Shown here: positions 18,762 to 28,864 of the stretch, in pieces
How positions within the stretch are numbered: the stretch's first letter is position 1
Layout of the letters: each line of letters starts with the position of its first letter
NCBI GenBank assembly: GCA_038065595.1
Contig: JBBTQR010000011.1
Location: 1-34,544 of the forward strand
Length of the DNA stretch: 34,544 bases
DNA from: Patescibacteria group bacterium
GTDB lineage: Bacteria > Patescibacteriota > Minisyncoccia > Sungbacterales > JBBTQR01
Direction of reading: 5' to 3'
Position numbers and translations under genes: made by a program
Notes under the pieces: model-generated
Databases searched by the model: none
The model's input: the letters and a program-made list of their open reading frames with translations, nothing else
What the model was told of the DNA's origin: nothing

Positions 18762-19070
18762 TTATATATCGGCAATTTCTTCTTTGACCGCTCGAATGCT
18801 TTCTTCTGACCACAGCGACTCAGGGATGTCATTTCCATTCACATCAACAAGTTTTAAAAATGTTATTGGCTGGACCAAACACTGGTCTTGAGCTCTTTCT
18901 ACATATACCCGCTCACAATTACCAACTTTATATATATACAATGGAATCTGAGTTCCGGCAGAATCTTCAAATACATCACAGCTTTCATAACGAAATATTA
19001 ACGCACTGTCTAGCATAAATCGCACCCAATCATTTAATCCGCCAACCTCCGCAAAAGAATCGCGTTCCAT
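18762..19070 (-). CDS. Hypothetical acidic protein (~102 aa)
   Basis: ATG 19070 is preceded by AAGGAGG, and a hairpin follows at 18694-18731. No recognisable motif. Confidence 0.6.
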   Translation of the reverse strand: MERDSFAEVGGLNDWVRFMLDSALIFRYESCDVFEDSAGTQIPLYIYKVGNCERVYVERAQDQCLVQPITFLKLVDVNGNDIPESLWSEESIRAVKEEIADI

Positions 19071-19219
19071 GACATATCCTCCTTGGTTTGATTTTGACAA
19101 AGAACACGCTCTACGCTGAATTACTAATCACTCTATACTCTCTCAAAGCAAAAAAATCAAGCTCGATTACATAGGGTGTTTTTAATTTAAAATTGGTTTA
19201 CAAATTAACTAATGAAGCT

Positions 19220-19243
19220 CCTCGGGGCAAAGCCCCGAGGTAT
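19220..19243. repeat. REP-like palindrome CCTCGGGGC-AAA-GCCCCGAGG-TAT
   Basis: Perfect 9-bp stem. The 17-mer GCAAAGCCCCGAGGTAT (19227-19243) recurs at 34507-34523. Confidence 0.7.
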
Positions 19244-19554
19244 ACATCACAACTCGCTCCGCTCGTACAAACGCGCGGCACAGACCGGCGCGGTATTGAC
19301 CTTTGTTGTGTCGTACATTCAGCCTGCTGGCTTCAGTATTTCCTCACTCTCGTTCGGTCATCGCACGCTGACGAGATAAAATTGTTTTTTTATCTCGCTC
19401 ATCGCTAGCCACAATAAAGCTGACCCCCTGAACGCACTATCGTATGCGGTTATATTTATGATATATGCCAGCTGACCTCATGCGTGCTCAAAATAACGAA
19501 ACCGCGAATTATTTGGCAATAAGTTCTAACCTTCCGCTTGACTGGACAAAAAAA

Positions 19555-19574
19555 TCCGCGGGCTTGCCCGCGGA
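19555..19574. repeat. REP-like palindrome or terminator TCCGCGGGC-TT-GCCCGCGGA
   Basis: Perfect 9-bp stem with an upstream A-run (U-tail for the minus-strand gene). Confidence 0.6.
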
Positions 19575-19603
19575 GACTTATATTTCATAATTAAAAATGC
19601 GCG

Positions 19604-20014
19604 CTACCCGTTTCCCAAAAGACAGGCGTCTTCATATGAGCAACTAGTCGTGTGAGTCAAAGGTTCTAGGCCGACCGCGCACCACCGCTCCGCCGCAATA
19701 AATGCTCGCCGATCATTCTTATTTTTTATACACCATTCTGCTTCAGTAAGAAGCAAACTTGCGGCGTAAATTCGCGCAAGCCTATATGACAGAGTGCGGG
19801 CATTTGCTTTTAGCAGTTGGCGCGGATAGGCTCGAATCGTTTCAGTGTATCGCGCGAATTGCCGTGAAGAATTGCGGATATCAAGAGCAAGATCCTGCAA
19901 TTCCGGCGACTGAACGCTGGCTATATTTTTTTCGATATCGGCAAATAAACATTGAAGAGCGTTTGATTTTTGAATAACCCGCAACGCATCAAGGCTTAAC
20001 ACATTGGTTGTTCC
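19604..20014 (-). pseudogene. C-terminal fragment of an AidB-like acyl-CoA dehydrogenase
   Basis: The frame reads GTTNVLSLDALR, i.e. the WEGTTNVLSLD motif without W-E, followed by the helical C-terminus. There is an in-frame TAG at 20024-20026, and the whole N-terminal region is absent. Confidence 0.72.
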
Positions 20015-20027
20015 ATACGAAAACTAT

Positions 20028-21115
20028 CATTTGATGGGGTTCGGGGAATCTGCAACGGTATACCCCGATTTGAAAATGTTTTTATTCCGAGTGAAAATCT
20101 CCTTAGCTCCGAAAACGATGGGCTTCGCATTACCCTCTCAACATTAACTGTCGGCCGTTTAACGCTTCCCGCCGCATGTTTAGGAGGGATGAAGCAGTGC
20201 GTATGGCTTTCACGCGTATGGGCAAAAAAACGCGTTCAGTGGAATAAATCGGTCGGCGAACACACGCTTGTCGGTGAAAAAATTGTCCGCATGGCATCGC
20301 GAACTTTTGCGCTTGAAGCAATAATGGCCGCTTGTGGTATGTGGGCGGATCAAAAATTTGATGTACGCCTAGAATCGGCGGCGTCAAAAATTTTAGGAAG
20401 TGAATGGCACTTAAATACGGTGCACGATGCGTTTCAAATTCGTGGCGGACGAGCATTTGCTGATCAAAAATCGCAAGCGATGATTGACGGCTCCTGCGTT
20501 CCGCTTGCGCAAATGCTTCGCGACGCACGCATCAATCTTATTTGGGAAGGAACGAGTGAAATTCTTCGTGTGTGGCTTGGACGAGAAGGAATGGATGAGT
20601 ATAAAAAACTTGGCGAAGGCATTAAATCGGGACCATACATTCAAAAACTTATCTGTTTAAATAAATTTGTTATTCGTTATGCTTCCTCAAAAATTCCAAA
20701 ATGTTTTGTTTCACAAAAATACAAAAACACACCGTTTTATAACGAGATGCTTTTTGTGGAAACAGCGACAAAAGACCTCACGCATACAGCTCTGCGCGTA
20801 TTAGTAAAACACCAGGAGAAGCTACGGGTTAAACAAATAGTCCTTAAAGAACTTGTTGATTTCTCACTCTGGCTCTTTGCCGTCTCGTCGCTTGCGTGGT
20901 ACGCAAGTCTCCCAGAAATTCAAAAACGACCACTCTCAAATGAACTTGCGCAGTTCTTCTTTCAAGAAGCGCGCGATGCAATGTACCCAAAACATTCACT
21001 CGCGGAACGCGCACTTAAAAGCACAAAAGACTCCGATATATACGAAATTGTTAAAAACATTCTTGACGGTAAAGCCGACTGGCTCGAAGAAGGGATCCTT
21101 AAAATTCCTCAATAA
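20028..21115 (+). pseudogene. 5'-truncated acyl-CoA dehydrogenase, paralog of 13999-15906
   Basis: The frame upstream of ATG 20189 continues RGICNGIPRFENVFIPSENLL..DGL..TL..GRLTLPAACLG, matching the paralog's RAIYNGLSEFNDVNIPAENLI..DGF..ARIGLPALCLG. The preceding HLMG is one base out of frame. WEGTSEI and WLEEGIL are retained. Confidence 0.8.
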
Positions 21116-21127
21116 TTCTTGCCCTCA

Positions 21128-21170
21128 CCCCTTCTGTCTCGCGCATATGCGAGACAGAAGGGGATTTTTT
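21128..21170 (+). terminator. Intrinsic terminator
   Basis: 15-bp stem CCCCTTCTGTCTCGC/GCGAGACAGAAGGGG followed by ATTTTTT. Confidence 0.8.
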
Positions 21171-21201
21171 TAATTGTAAATTGGTTTACAATACAATTAC
21201 C

Positions 21202-23361
21202 ATGCAAAACATTGATATTCCTGTTGAAAAATTCGTTCCCATACAACCGCGCGCACTCCAGCGCTTACACAAGCTAAACATAAAAACCGCGCGCGATCTT
21301 TTATATCACCTGCCTCGTCGCTACGAAGACTATTCAAACATCAAAAAAATTAGCGGGCTTTATGAAGGCGAAATGGCGACCATACAAGGAACGCTTACAA
21401 AAATTTCCGGTCGGCGCGCATGGGGACGGCGAATGATTATTATTGAAGGGGAACTTGAAGATGAAACGGGAACAATCCCGCTTCTTTGGTTTAATCAACA
21501 CCACCTTCTTAAAACCCTCAACGCGGGACAGCGGATAAGTATTTCTGGAAAAATAAACCACGGTAAAAAGGGACTCTATTTCCAGCATCCAGAATACGAA
21601 ATCCTGCTTCAATCGGAAACCGAAAACAATTCAAATCTTCGAAATACCGGCCGTCTCGTACCAATCTACCCCGAAACGCATGGGATTACATCGCGCTGGC
21701 TTCGCTTCCTCATTCAAAAAGCACTTGAAAAAATCCCTGAGTCGCTTGATGATCCAATTCCAGCGTTTGTAAAAAAAAAGGAAAACATTCCGTCGCTCCA
21801 CGACGCGCTTCAAAAAATTCACTTTCCAAAAACAAACCACGACATCACTGAAGCGCAAAAACGATTTTATTTTGAAGAGCTCCTTTTTCTTCAATTAAAA
21901 AAACGCCAAACAATCGCTCTGCGAAGACAAAAACACGCTCCCCGCATTATCGTTGACCGTATGTATGAGAAAAAGATTATTACATCTCTTCCGTTTACGC
22001 TTACCGGAGACCAAAAAAAATGCATCGCTGATATCACCGCTGATTTGGAAAAAGATCGACCGATGAATCGCTTATTGAATGGCGATGTGGGATCTGGAAA
22101 AACAATTATTGCAGCACTTTCCGCTCTTCTTTCAATAAAAAATGGATTTCAAGTTCTTTTTATGGCACCGACCGAAATCCTCGCATGTCAGCATTTTGAA
22201 ACTATCACGCGACTTTTTAAAAACGAAGGCATCGCTGTAGCCCTTTTAACATCTTCGGAAAAACGGCTTGTAAGTCCCTTTGGAAATTTTTCCAAAAAAA
22301 CAGAACTTACCACATTCACAAAAGATGGAACCGCCGAGCTGATTATTGGAACACACGCGCTCCTTCAAGGAGGCTACCACTTCAAAAATATAGGACTTGT
22401 GATCATTGATGAACAACATCGTTTTGGAGTTGAACAGCGGGCAACGCTTCTTGAAAAAAAACCAAACGAAACAATTCCGCATCTCTTAAGCATGACAGCG
22501 ACCCCAATACCGCGTACGCTCGCCCTCACCATTTATGGCGATCTAGACATCTCAACAATCCGCGAACTTCCTGTGGGAAGAAAAAAAATCATTACAAAGA
22601 TTGTGCGCCCTGCCCGACGAACCGCAGCGTATCAATTCATTGAATGTGAGCTCCAAAAAGGACGGCAGGCATTTGTCATCTGTCCGCGTATTGAGCTACC
22701 TGAAGAAAACACATCACGCACAATTGCTGAACTTCTGCGTGAAGAAATTAAAAGTGTAAAAAAAGAGTATGAAAAACTTTCTAAAGAAATTTTTCCTCAT
22801 AGAAAAATCGCGATGCTCCATGGAAAAATGGCACCAAAAGAGAAAAAACTAATTATGCAAAACTTCTCTGCCAAAGACAGGTCGGTCTTTGGCAGAGAAG
22901 ACGCTGTGATAGACATTCTCGTCTCCACTTCCGTCGTTGAGGTTGGAGTTGATATCCCAAATGCCGTGATCATGATGATTGAGAGCGCGGAGAAATTCGG
23001 GCTCGCGTCTTTGCACCAATTCCGCGGGCGCGTAGGCCGTGGAGAACATCAGTCATACTGCCTTCTTTTTCCATCATCAGAAAACCACGAATGGAACGAA
23101 CGGCTGAAAGCAGTTGCGACATCGGAAGACGGCTTTTCGCTTGCCGAGAAAGATTTAAAAATCAGAGGACCCGGAAATCTTGTCGGCTTTGAACAATCCG
23201 GATTTCACGCGCCTCTCCAACAAGCGCTCTGCGATGTTGAACTCGTAGAGAAAACCGCTCGCTATGCCGAAAAAATATTTATGGAAGATCCGGAATTATC
23301 AAAATACCCGCTCCTTTCGGAACGGCTCCTGCGCGTTCATTACACGCTTCACGCGGAATAA
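21202..23361 (+). CDS. recG: ATP-dependent DNA helicase RecG
   Basis: PRRYED, OB/wedge domain, MNRLLNGDVGSGKT, DEQHRFG, MTATPIPRTL, HQFRGRVGRG and RGPG..G.EQSG. Confidence 0.97.
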   Translation: MQNIDIPVEKFVPIQPRALQRLHKLNIKTARDLLYHLPRRYEDYSNIKKISGLYEGEMATIQGTLTKISGRRAWGRRMIIIEGELEDETGTIPLLWFNQHHLLKTLNAGQRISISGKINHGKKGLYFQHPEYEILLQSETENNSNLRNTGRLVPIYPETHGITSRWLRFLIQKALEKIPESLDDPIPAFVKKKENIPSLHDALQKIHFPKTNHDITEAQKRFYFEELLFLQLKKRQTIALRRQKHAPRIIVDRMYEKKIITSLPFTLTGDQKKCIADITADLEKDRPMNRLLNGDVGSGKTIIAALSALLSIKNGFQVLFMAPTEILACQHFETITRLFKNEGIAVALLTSSEKRLVSPFGNFSKKTELTTFTKDGTAELIIGTHALLQGGYHFKNIGLVIIDEQHRFGVEQRATLLEKKPNETIPHLLSMTATPIPRTLALTIYGDLDISTIRELPVGRKKIITKIVRPARRTAAYQFIECELQKGRQAFVICPRIELPEENTSRTIAELLREEIKSVKKEYEKLSKEIFPHRKIAMLHGKMAPKEKKLIMQNFSAKDRSVFGREDAVIDILVSTSVVEVGVDIPNAVIMMIESAEKFGLASLHQFRGRVGRGEHQSYCLLFPSSENHEWNERLKAVATSEDGFSLAEKDLKIRGPGNLVGFEQSGFHAPLQQALCDVELVEKTARYAEKIFMEDPELSKYPLLSERLLRVHYTLHAE

Positions 23362-23371
23362 CCACGAAAGA

Positions 23372-25429
23372 TTAAAAAACGCTTACAATAATTGTAGTGC
23401 CCTGTTCAAAAACGACCGTCCCGAGAGAACGAATTTTTTTTTCTTGAATAGCGCTACCATAGCGATCGCGTTCTACAGCCCCAAGGATTATGTAACTAAT
23501 CTTGTAATGATCAAGAAGTTCACGAGTGCGCTGTGGATCGGCCCCCGTATAAATTTCCCGCACTTCTTCCCGCCGCTTGCCAACAACATCATAACTCCCG
23601 CGCCATGTCCATTCGTGAACAGGCCAGCCGATAATAGTTGGCCAGCCAAGAAAAACCGAAAAACGGGATATATCGGTATAACTTTCTCCTTCTCCTTCAA
23701 CGATATATTTTAATCGTTCGCCATGTGGCAAAGCATCTCGAACGGCTTTCAAGTATTGATACGCGGCGTAATCGTCCGGATACTTATTTTTCCACCAACC
23801 AAGCCCGTGATGTATGCCAATAAATTTTTGACTACCTGTGAATGCCTGTTCTACGGCAATAACAGGATACACGGCGCCGATTCCAAAATACACAATAAGA
23901 AAAATCGCAGTTGCAATTCGGGCAATTCGGCTTGTAAGTGATCGATAAAACCAAAGATATACCGGACCGGCAAGCGCTGCGACCCAAATCCAAACCTGCG
24001 TTGATATTTTGAACACGGTGTTTGCACGATACCATTCTCCGCTAATCAAAATATCTTTCATAAATACAATCTCAATCATTGCAAGGAATAAAATGCCTGT
24101 ACCAAATACAACGCCAATAAACAACAACTTATCGGTATGCGCGAGTATTTTTTTACGCGCCCAAACCCAACGAAGAATATACGCGACTATAATAACCACG
24201 ATTGATCCCCAAAACGAAAGCCATGGCAATAAGAGCGATCGAGAGCGCACCAGCCCAATTCCTTGGATCGGCAAATGATTTGTAACACTCCATGGAAGTG
24301 CAACGGTATATGCAAAAATCGCAAGCAACGCCACGGTGACAGCAATGCGTATTTTTGAGCCATGCCGATACTTCGCGACTATACAAAAGACCGCGAGCGC
24401 TCCGAGTGTAGCCGCGTCCCACGAATTAACCATATAAGCCATACCAAGCGCAAATGCCAACGCCCAAAGATATCGATTCGTAAAATTTAATTCCGCTAAT
24501 TCATCGCGCCACAAAGAAAAAACAATTGCGAGTACCACAATAGCGGTAAGCATACCCCATACATGCGCATGAATATCCGCGACCAGAAAACTGAATATGG
24601 GCATTTCCGTTATGGTTCCGGCGATGGCCCGAGTCGGTTCCGGATAAAAGAAGTTGGGTATTTCGCCGATACCAAATATAAATCCGATTCGCCGCATGAT
24701 CCATGGAATCATATACCAACTGCCGGAAAACAGCGCGGTAAAAACGCTCATCACGGCAACTAAAGTTTTTGTTACGCGCGATAATCCATTCTTTCCGCTA
24801 ACAATATACAACGCGACATCAACGGAAAACCGAGCGATCGTTGTGGCAAGTATGCCGACAATAAACCCTATAAGAAGAAAGAATCCTGGTACGGAAGGGA
24901 TGTCGGCGAGCGTCAGAATGACGAAGCCGATAACATGACTCATGTAATAATAATTAAGCGTTTCCCCAGCGAGCCAAAGATCAGCAAGTGGCAAGTTACT
25001 GCTATTACGAAGCGTTTCAATAAAGCCAAAATCCATAAACCGCTCAATCTGATAAATCTCGGGATTAAAACCCTTGATAATGACAATCCAGACGCATATG
25101 GATAAGAAAATAAGTTCTGTAGTGACAATCTGGGATAAACGGGGGATTGGCACCATGCGGTCATGCATTCGCCAATACACGAAAGCGTTGATTATCGCCC
25201 AAACGAACAAAGCCGCGATAATAGCAGGAAATGCAAGCGGAACAAGGCCGAGCGTTGCAATCAAAAATGTAAGATATCCAATAGCAAACCAGCTCAATAT
25301 CTTTGAAAAGGCGTATCCGCCGTCGGACGACGCGCGAAAAATTAAATTAGAAACCGGAAATCCAAGCGCGCCAACAGCGACCGTTATAGTCCATACAGAC
25401 CCGATCCATACAAAATAATCCATAATCAT
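23372..25429 (-). CDS. DUF2298 / YYY-motif polytopic membrane protein (GT-C-like)
   Basis: ERFMDFGF, DLWLAGETLNYYY, ITEMPIFSFLVADIHAH, NSWD, RANTVFK and GWPVHEWTWRG. Confidence 0.8.
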   Translation of the reverse strand: MIMDYFVWIGSVWTITVAVGALGFPVSNLIFRASSDGGYAFSKILSWFAIGYLTFLIATLGLVPLAFPAIIAALFVWAIINAFVYWRMHDRMVPIPRLSQIVTTELIFLSICVWIVIIKGFNPEIYQIERFMDFGFIETLRNSSNLPLADLWLAGETLNYYYMSHVIGFVILTLADIPSVPGFFLLIGFIVGILATTIARFSVDVALYIVSGKNGLSRVTKTLVAVMSVFTALFSGSWYMIPWIMRRIGFIFGIGEIPNFFYPEPTRAIAGTITEMPIFSFLVADIHAHVWGMLTAIVVLAIVFSLWRDELAELNFTNRYLWALAFALGMAYMVNSWDAATLGALAVFCIVAKYRHGSKIRIAVTVALLAIFAYTVALPWSVTNHLPIQGIGLVRSRSLLLPWLSFWGSIVVIIVAYILRWVWARKKILAHTDKLLFIGVVFGTGILFLAMIEIVFMKDILISGEWYRANTVFKISTQVWIWVAALAGPVYLWFYRSLTSRIARIATAIFLIVYFGIGAVYPVIAVEQAFTGSQKFIGIHHGLGWWKNKYPDDYAAYQYLKAVRDALPHGERLKYIVEGEGESYTDISRFSVFLGWPTIIGWPVHEWTWRGSYDVVGKRREEVREIYTGADPQRTRELLDHYKISYIILGAVERDRYGSAIQEKKIRSLGTVVFEQGTTIIVSVF

Positions 25430-25493
25430 TGCGTTAAAAATTTGAAATCAAAAATGTAAAGCAATTTACATTTTTAAAACCCGTTTTTGGCGT

Positions 25494-27065
25494 TCACCTT
25501 TCTTTTGGAGTACGCCAAAAACCCATATATTTCCCAAACATAAGCCGTGTCTGCGCATCAATACCTGGAATTGCGCCAAAAAAGATAATCGTAATCGGAA
25601 GTGAAAACCATTGCACAACAATCCATGTATATGATCGCCATGTGTAATCCTTCGGTAATGGCGGCAAAAGACGCAACGCAACGATAGACGATGAAATAAC
25701 TCCAAACATAGACGCTGTCATAAGAAAACGAGTCATGCGGGGGACATTGTATGAAAGCACGCTCGTATTAAAAATATCACCGCCAAACATAATCGGAAAC
25801 CATCCAAAAAGAAAAATGATGAGCGCGTTGGTACCCCACGACCAAAATCCCTCAAGCTGATTGAACGCAAAACGAAATTTCGTGCGTTTTGGAATTTTTT
25901 TATTTTTCATAAACCCAAAAAACGCATAGGGAATATTTTCTATCCCCCACCCCCAACGCCGTTGTTGTTTATAAATATTTTTTGCAGTTTGTAAAATATT
26001 TTTCCCGACATTGGCGTCCATTGAAACGGGGTAATACAATGGCTCAACCTTCCATCGTCCATCATAAAAAAGAAGCGCTTGCCAAAAAATTCGTGAGTCC
26101 TCTGAAACGATATTTACATGCCAAAAATCCATCTCAACAAGAGCTTTAAACGGCATTGAATGCGATGAAAATGTCGTAAGCCGTTCGGGGCGCGTTTGTT
26201 GCATCATCTGCCAAAATGTACCGGAATACGCAACGATACGCGAAAGACCATGCGCTAACCAAATATTGTTATTGTATACGGGAATCGGTTGAAATGATGA
26301 ATGAAGTGGATCCCGCGTTGTAAGATAATAATACGCCACAATCGCGAAGTATTGAGGGTAAATCTGCGTATCGCTGTCAAGAGATGAAACAATAATATTT
26401 TCGTATGGAATGTTCAGTGGATCAATAATTTCTTCTTTTACTTTCCGCGCGGCATAGGTTTCGTTTGCTCCCTTACCTGAGAGCTCTCCGCCAACCCCAG
26501 ACGGATGATGCGTAACAAGGAATTTAAAAAAACCGCTCTTATATTTCGCCTCAAGCTCCTCGGCGATTTGACGGTCTTGAATTCCGCCCGCTTCTTCCAT
26601 CGCCAAAACCATAATTATCTTCTTCACGGGATATGTTGATTCAAGAATCTTTATGATTGCTTCTTCTATAATCGCCTTTGGTTCCAGAAAACACGGGAGG
26701 ATAACACACTGATACACATCTTCCCACGAAGACGCGTTTAATTCGTTTGTGGAAAGTTTTAATCCGCGCACCCGCTCCATCCAATCAATAGCCATATGTT
26801 CCTTCATTTTTTTATATGAGGCGCGAATATGTATTGAAAAAAATACCGTCTTTAGGAGCCAGTACACATCAAACGCGATTATGAAAAAACTCGCCCATAT
26901 CGGATAGAGCCACGAAAGAATGATAAGTGCAATAAATGTTCCCCAAATTAAAAGCCCCGGCAAAACCTCAAAAAAGCGGTATAAAAAATAATCCATTGAC
27001 CCGCGCGGAAGATCAGTGGCATAGCCGAATTTAAGATAATATTTATTTGCGTCTTCCATATGCAT
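25494..27065 (-). CDS. Membrane-bound processive-type GT2 glycosyltransferase
   Basis: GKGAN, LDSD (DxD), SED and QQRRWGWG (QxxRW); TM helices at both ends. Confidence 0.88.
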   Translation of the reverse strand: MHMEDANKYYLKFGYATDLPRGSMDYFLYRFFEVLPGLLIWGTFIALIILSWLYPIWASFFIIAFDVYWLLKTVFFSIHIRASYKKMKEHMAIDWMERVRGLKLSTNELNASSWEDVYQCVILPCFLEPKAIIEEAIIKILESTYPVKKIIMVLAMEEAGGIQDRQIAEELEAKYKSGFFKFLVTHHPSGVGGELSGKGANETYAARKVKEEIIDPLNIPYENIIVSSLDSDTQIYPQYFAIVAYYYLTTRDPLHSSFQPIPVYNNNIWLAHGLSRIVAYSGTFWQMMQQTRPERLTTFSSHSMPFKALVEMDFWHVNIVSEDSRIFWQALLFYDGRWKVEPLYYPVSMDANVGKNILQTAKNIYKQQRRWGWGIENIPYAFFGFMKNKKIPKRTKFRFAFNQLEGFWSWGTNALIIFLFGWFPIMFGGDIFNTSVLSYNVPRMTRFLMTASMFGVISSSIVALRLLPPLPKDYTWRSYTWIVVQWFSLPITIIFFGAIPGIDAQTRLMFGKYMGFWRTPKER

Positions 27066-27111
27066 CTATACTATCATATTTTTAATTATGAAGCGTTCCA
27101 ATCTCAAAAAT

Positions 27112-27134
27112 AAAAAAGCCCCATGAGCTGGGGC
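27112..27134 (-). terminator. Terminator after pafA
   Basis: GCCCCA/TGGGGC stem with a U-tail on the minus strand. Confidence 0.6.
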
Positions 27135-27140
27135 ATGTGC

Positions 27141-28673
27141 TTAAAAATCCTGTGGCTTTGTAAACCGAGCGAATGGATCATCAAGTACAAAATCAAAACA
27201 GTCTCCGTTATTATCGCGTCCTTTTACAAGGTTCCAATTCATAGAGTCAACACTGCCACCCAACTTCTTTAGATAATCGCAATATTTTCTCCGTGTTTCA
27301 GCGCGAGTTCTGTGTGGCGGATTTTCTTTTGCAAAAGCAACTTCACCTGACGATACAATACGCTCCATTGAAAGTTTTTGAAATATCCCCTGCGTTCGCG
27401 AGAGACGGTGATACTCCAACTCCCAAAACCCTAAGCGCCCACCGACCGTCATCAATTGCAATGAGCCGTCCTTTTTCAAAATCTTAATACAATCATTGTA
27501 AGATGAGCGCCAAGAATATCCGTATTTTTCCATATCACGCAAAATGAGAAATAACTTTGCGGAAACATCCGTATACCTTGCCAATTTTTCATGCGGATTA
27601 TCTAACGCAATAAGATCAAGAATTTTTCGCCACCACTCAAGCGTCCATAAAATATCTGGGGTGCGTTCCGCGTATCCTTTACCCACATACTCCTCCGCAA
27701 GCCCAAGAAACATAAGCTGAAGATCGAGTGCCGAATAATTACCATTAGAAAATTTATAAATCTTCCGAAGTGTCCTATCTCCCGAAAATAGGCTATACGC
27801 ATCCCTCATTTCATCCAAACGATAGATCGGTACTTTGCCATCAAGACACCCATCTTCAATCATCCGGACTATAAGGGCGGTAGTACCAAACTTCAATCTG
27901 CTTGAAACCTCTGCCAGATTAGCGTCACCGCCGACAATATGGACACGATACCACTTATCTGAACGCGCGTGAGACTCATCGCGAGTATTAATAAGCGGTT
28001 TAAACTCCCCCGTTGTACCGCATAAAATCAATTCGCCGGTACCAAGCTCTCTTTGAGAAAGGCGATATTCTGAATGGCCACCCCTCCAATGCACAATTCC
28101 TGATCCCTGCCAAATAATCCGCGAAATAAGATGCACAAGAAGGATGCTCTGAAAATTGGACATTGCGTGGGGTGAACTAACGCTTTCTCTTCGTACAAGA
28201 TGATTCTCGTGCTCACCGTACATATGCCTTCCACAAATATCAATAGAATTTCTATACAAACGAATAATCTCCGCTCCGGGTTTTAAATGTCTTTCCACAA
28301 CATACCCCCTGAGATCGTCCCGTACCTCGCGATCAAATAATTGCGTCCCATCGTTCGTGAAAAGCGCTTGCCAAAGCAGGTCGTTCACTCCTTCAACCGC
28401 ATCAATAAGAATTTCATCTCCCGCTTTCTGCCATATCAGAACATCCCGTGAAGTTTCGCATTCGGGAGACGCATACTCTATATGACTTCCGGTATCCATA
28501 TACAAACGCCCCATATTGGAAAGCCAATAATCGTGTGAAAGAGATTGCCCTTTCACACGCATAAGATACCGAGAAGCACAATCAAATAAAAGTGTCCTAC
28601 TAAAAGGTCTTGAAAGAAAAAAATCTGGACTTACGCCATACTCCTTTTCAAGGCCCTGAATATGCGAGCGCAT
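27141..28673 (-). CDS. pafA: Pup/UBact-protein ligase homolog (PafA)
   Basis: GLEKEYG, GRLYMDTGSHIEYASPEC, YGEHENH, LSQR, PLINTRDESHA, RVHIVGGDAN and C-terminal W...DPF. It lacks the Dop loop. Start taken as ATG 28673. Confidence 0.85.
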   Translation of the reverse strand: MRSHIQGLEKEYGVSPDFFLSRPFSRTLLFDCASRYLMRVKGQSLSHDYWLSNMGRLYMDTGSHIEYASPECETSRDVLIWQKAGDEILIDAVEGVNDLLWQALFTNDGTQLFDREVRDDLRGYVVERHLKPGAEIIRLYRNSIDICGRHMYGEHENHLVRRESVSSPHAMSNFQSILLVHLISRIIWQGSGIVHWRGGHSEYRLSQRELGTGELILCGTTGEFKPLINTRDESHARSDKWYRVHIVGGDANLAEVSSRLKFGTTALIVRMIEDGCLDGKVPIYRLDEMRDAYSLFSGDRTLRKIYKFSNGNYSALDLQLMFLGLAEEYVGKGYAERTPDILWTLEWWRKILDLIALDNPHEKLARYTDVSAKLFLILRDMEKYGYSWRSSYNDCIKILKKDGSLQLMTVGGRLGFWELEYHRLSRTQGIFQKLSMERIVSSGEVAFAKENPPHRTRAETRRKYCDYLKKLGGSVDSMNWNLVKGRDNNGDCFDFVLDDPFARFTKPQDF

Positions 28674-28864
28674 GAAGACATCCCCTCTCTTTATTTTAAA
28701 GATCAATCAATTCGCAAAAGCCATAAAAGCATAGATAAAAAACACTACAAAAGCAACACGCGCGCTAAGTTTCAAATAATGAATACTCCACATTGCTTTA
28801 TTAATAATACTCAAAAAAAATCCGTCCTAAGATTATCAAAGAACGGTATTTTCAATTAACTCAA

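Noticed and set aside
18762-19070. Small acidic protein as a candidate modifier for PafA
   Set aside because: Ends in IADI, looks globular, and lies 8 kb from pafA.
19193-19408. 71-aa ORF in the intergenic region
   Set aside because: It runs through the REP-like hairpins, with no SD or motif.
28707-28793. 28-aa minus-strand ORF (MWSIHYLKLSARVAFVVFFIYAFMAFAN) in the slot where pup normally lies
   Set aside because: Hydrophobic, with no SD and no C-terminal GE/GQ; unlike Pup/UBact and probably chance in T-rich DNA.
28833-28844. Additional boxA-like match GTTCTTTGATAA after dop
   Set aside because: It forms part of the dop terminator hairpin and is not positioned before an SD, so it was not counted.
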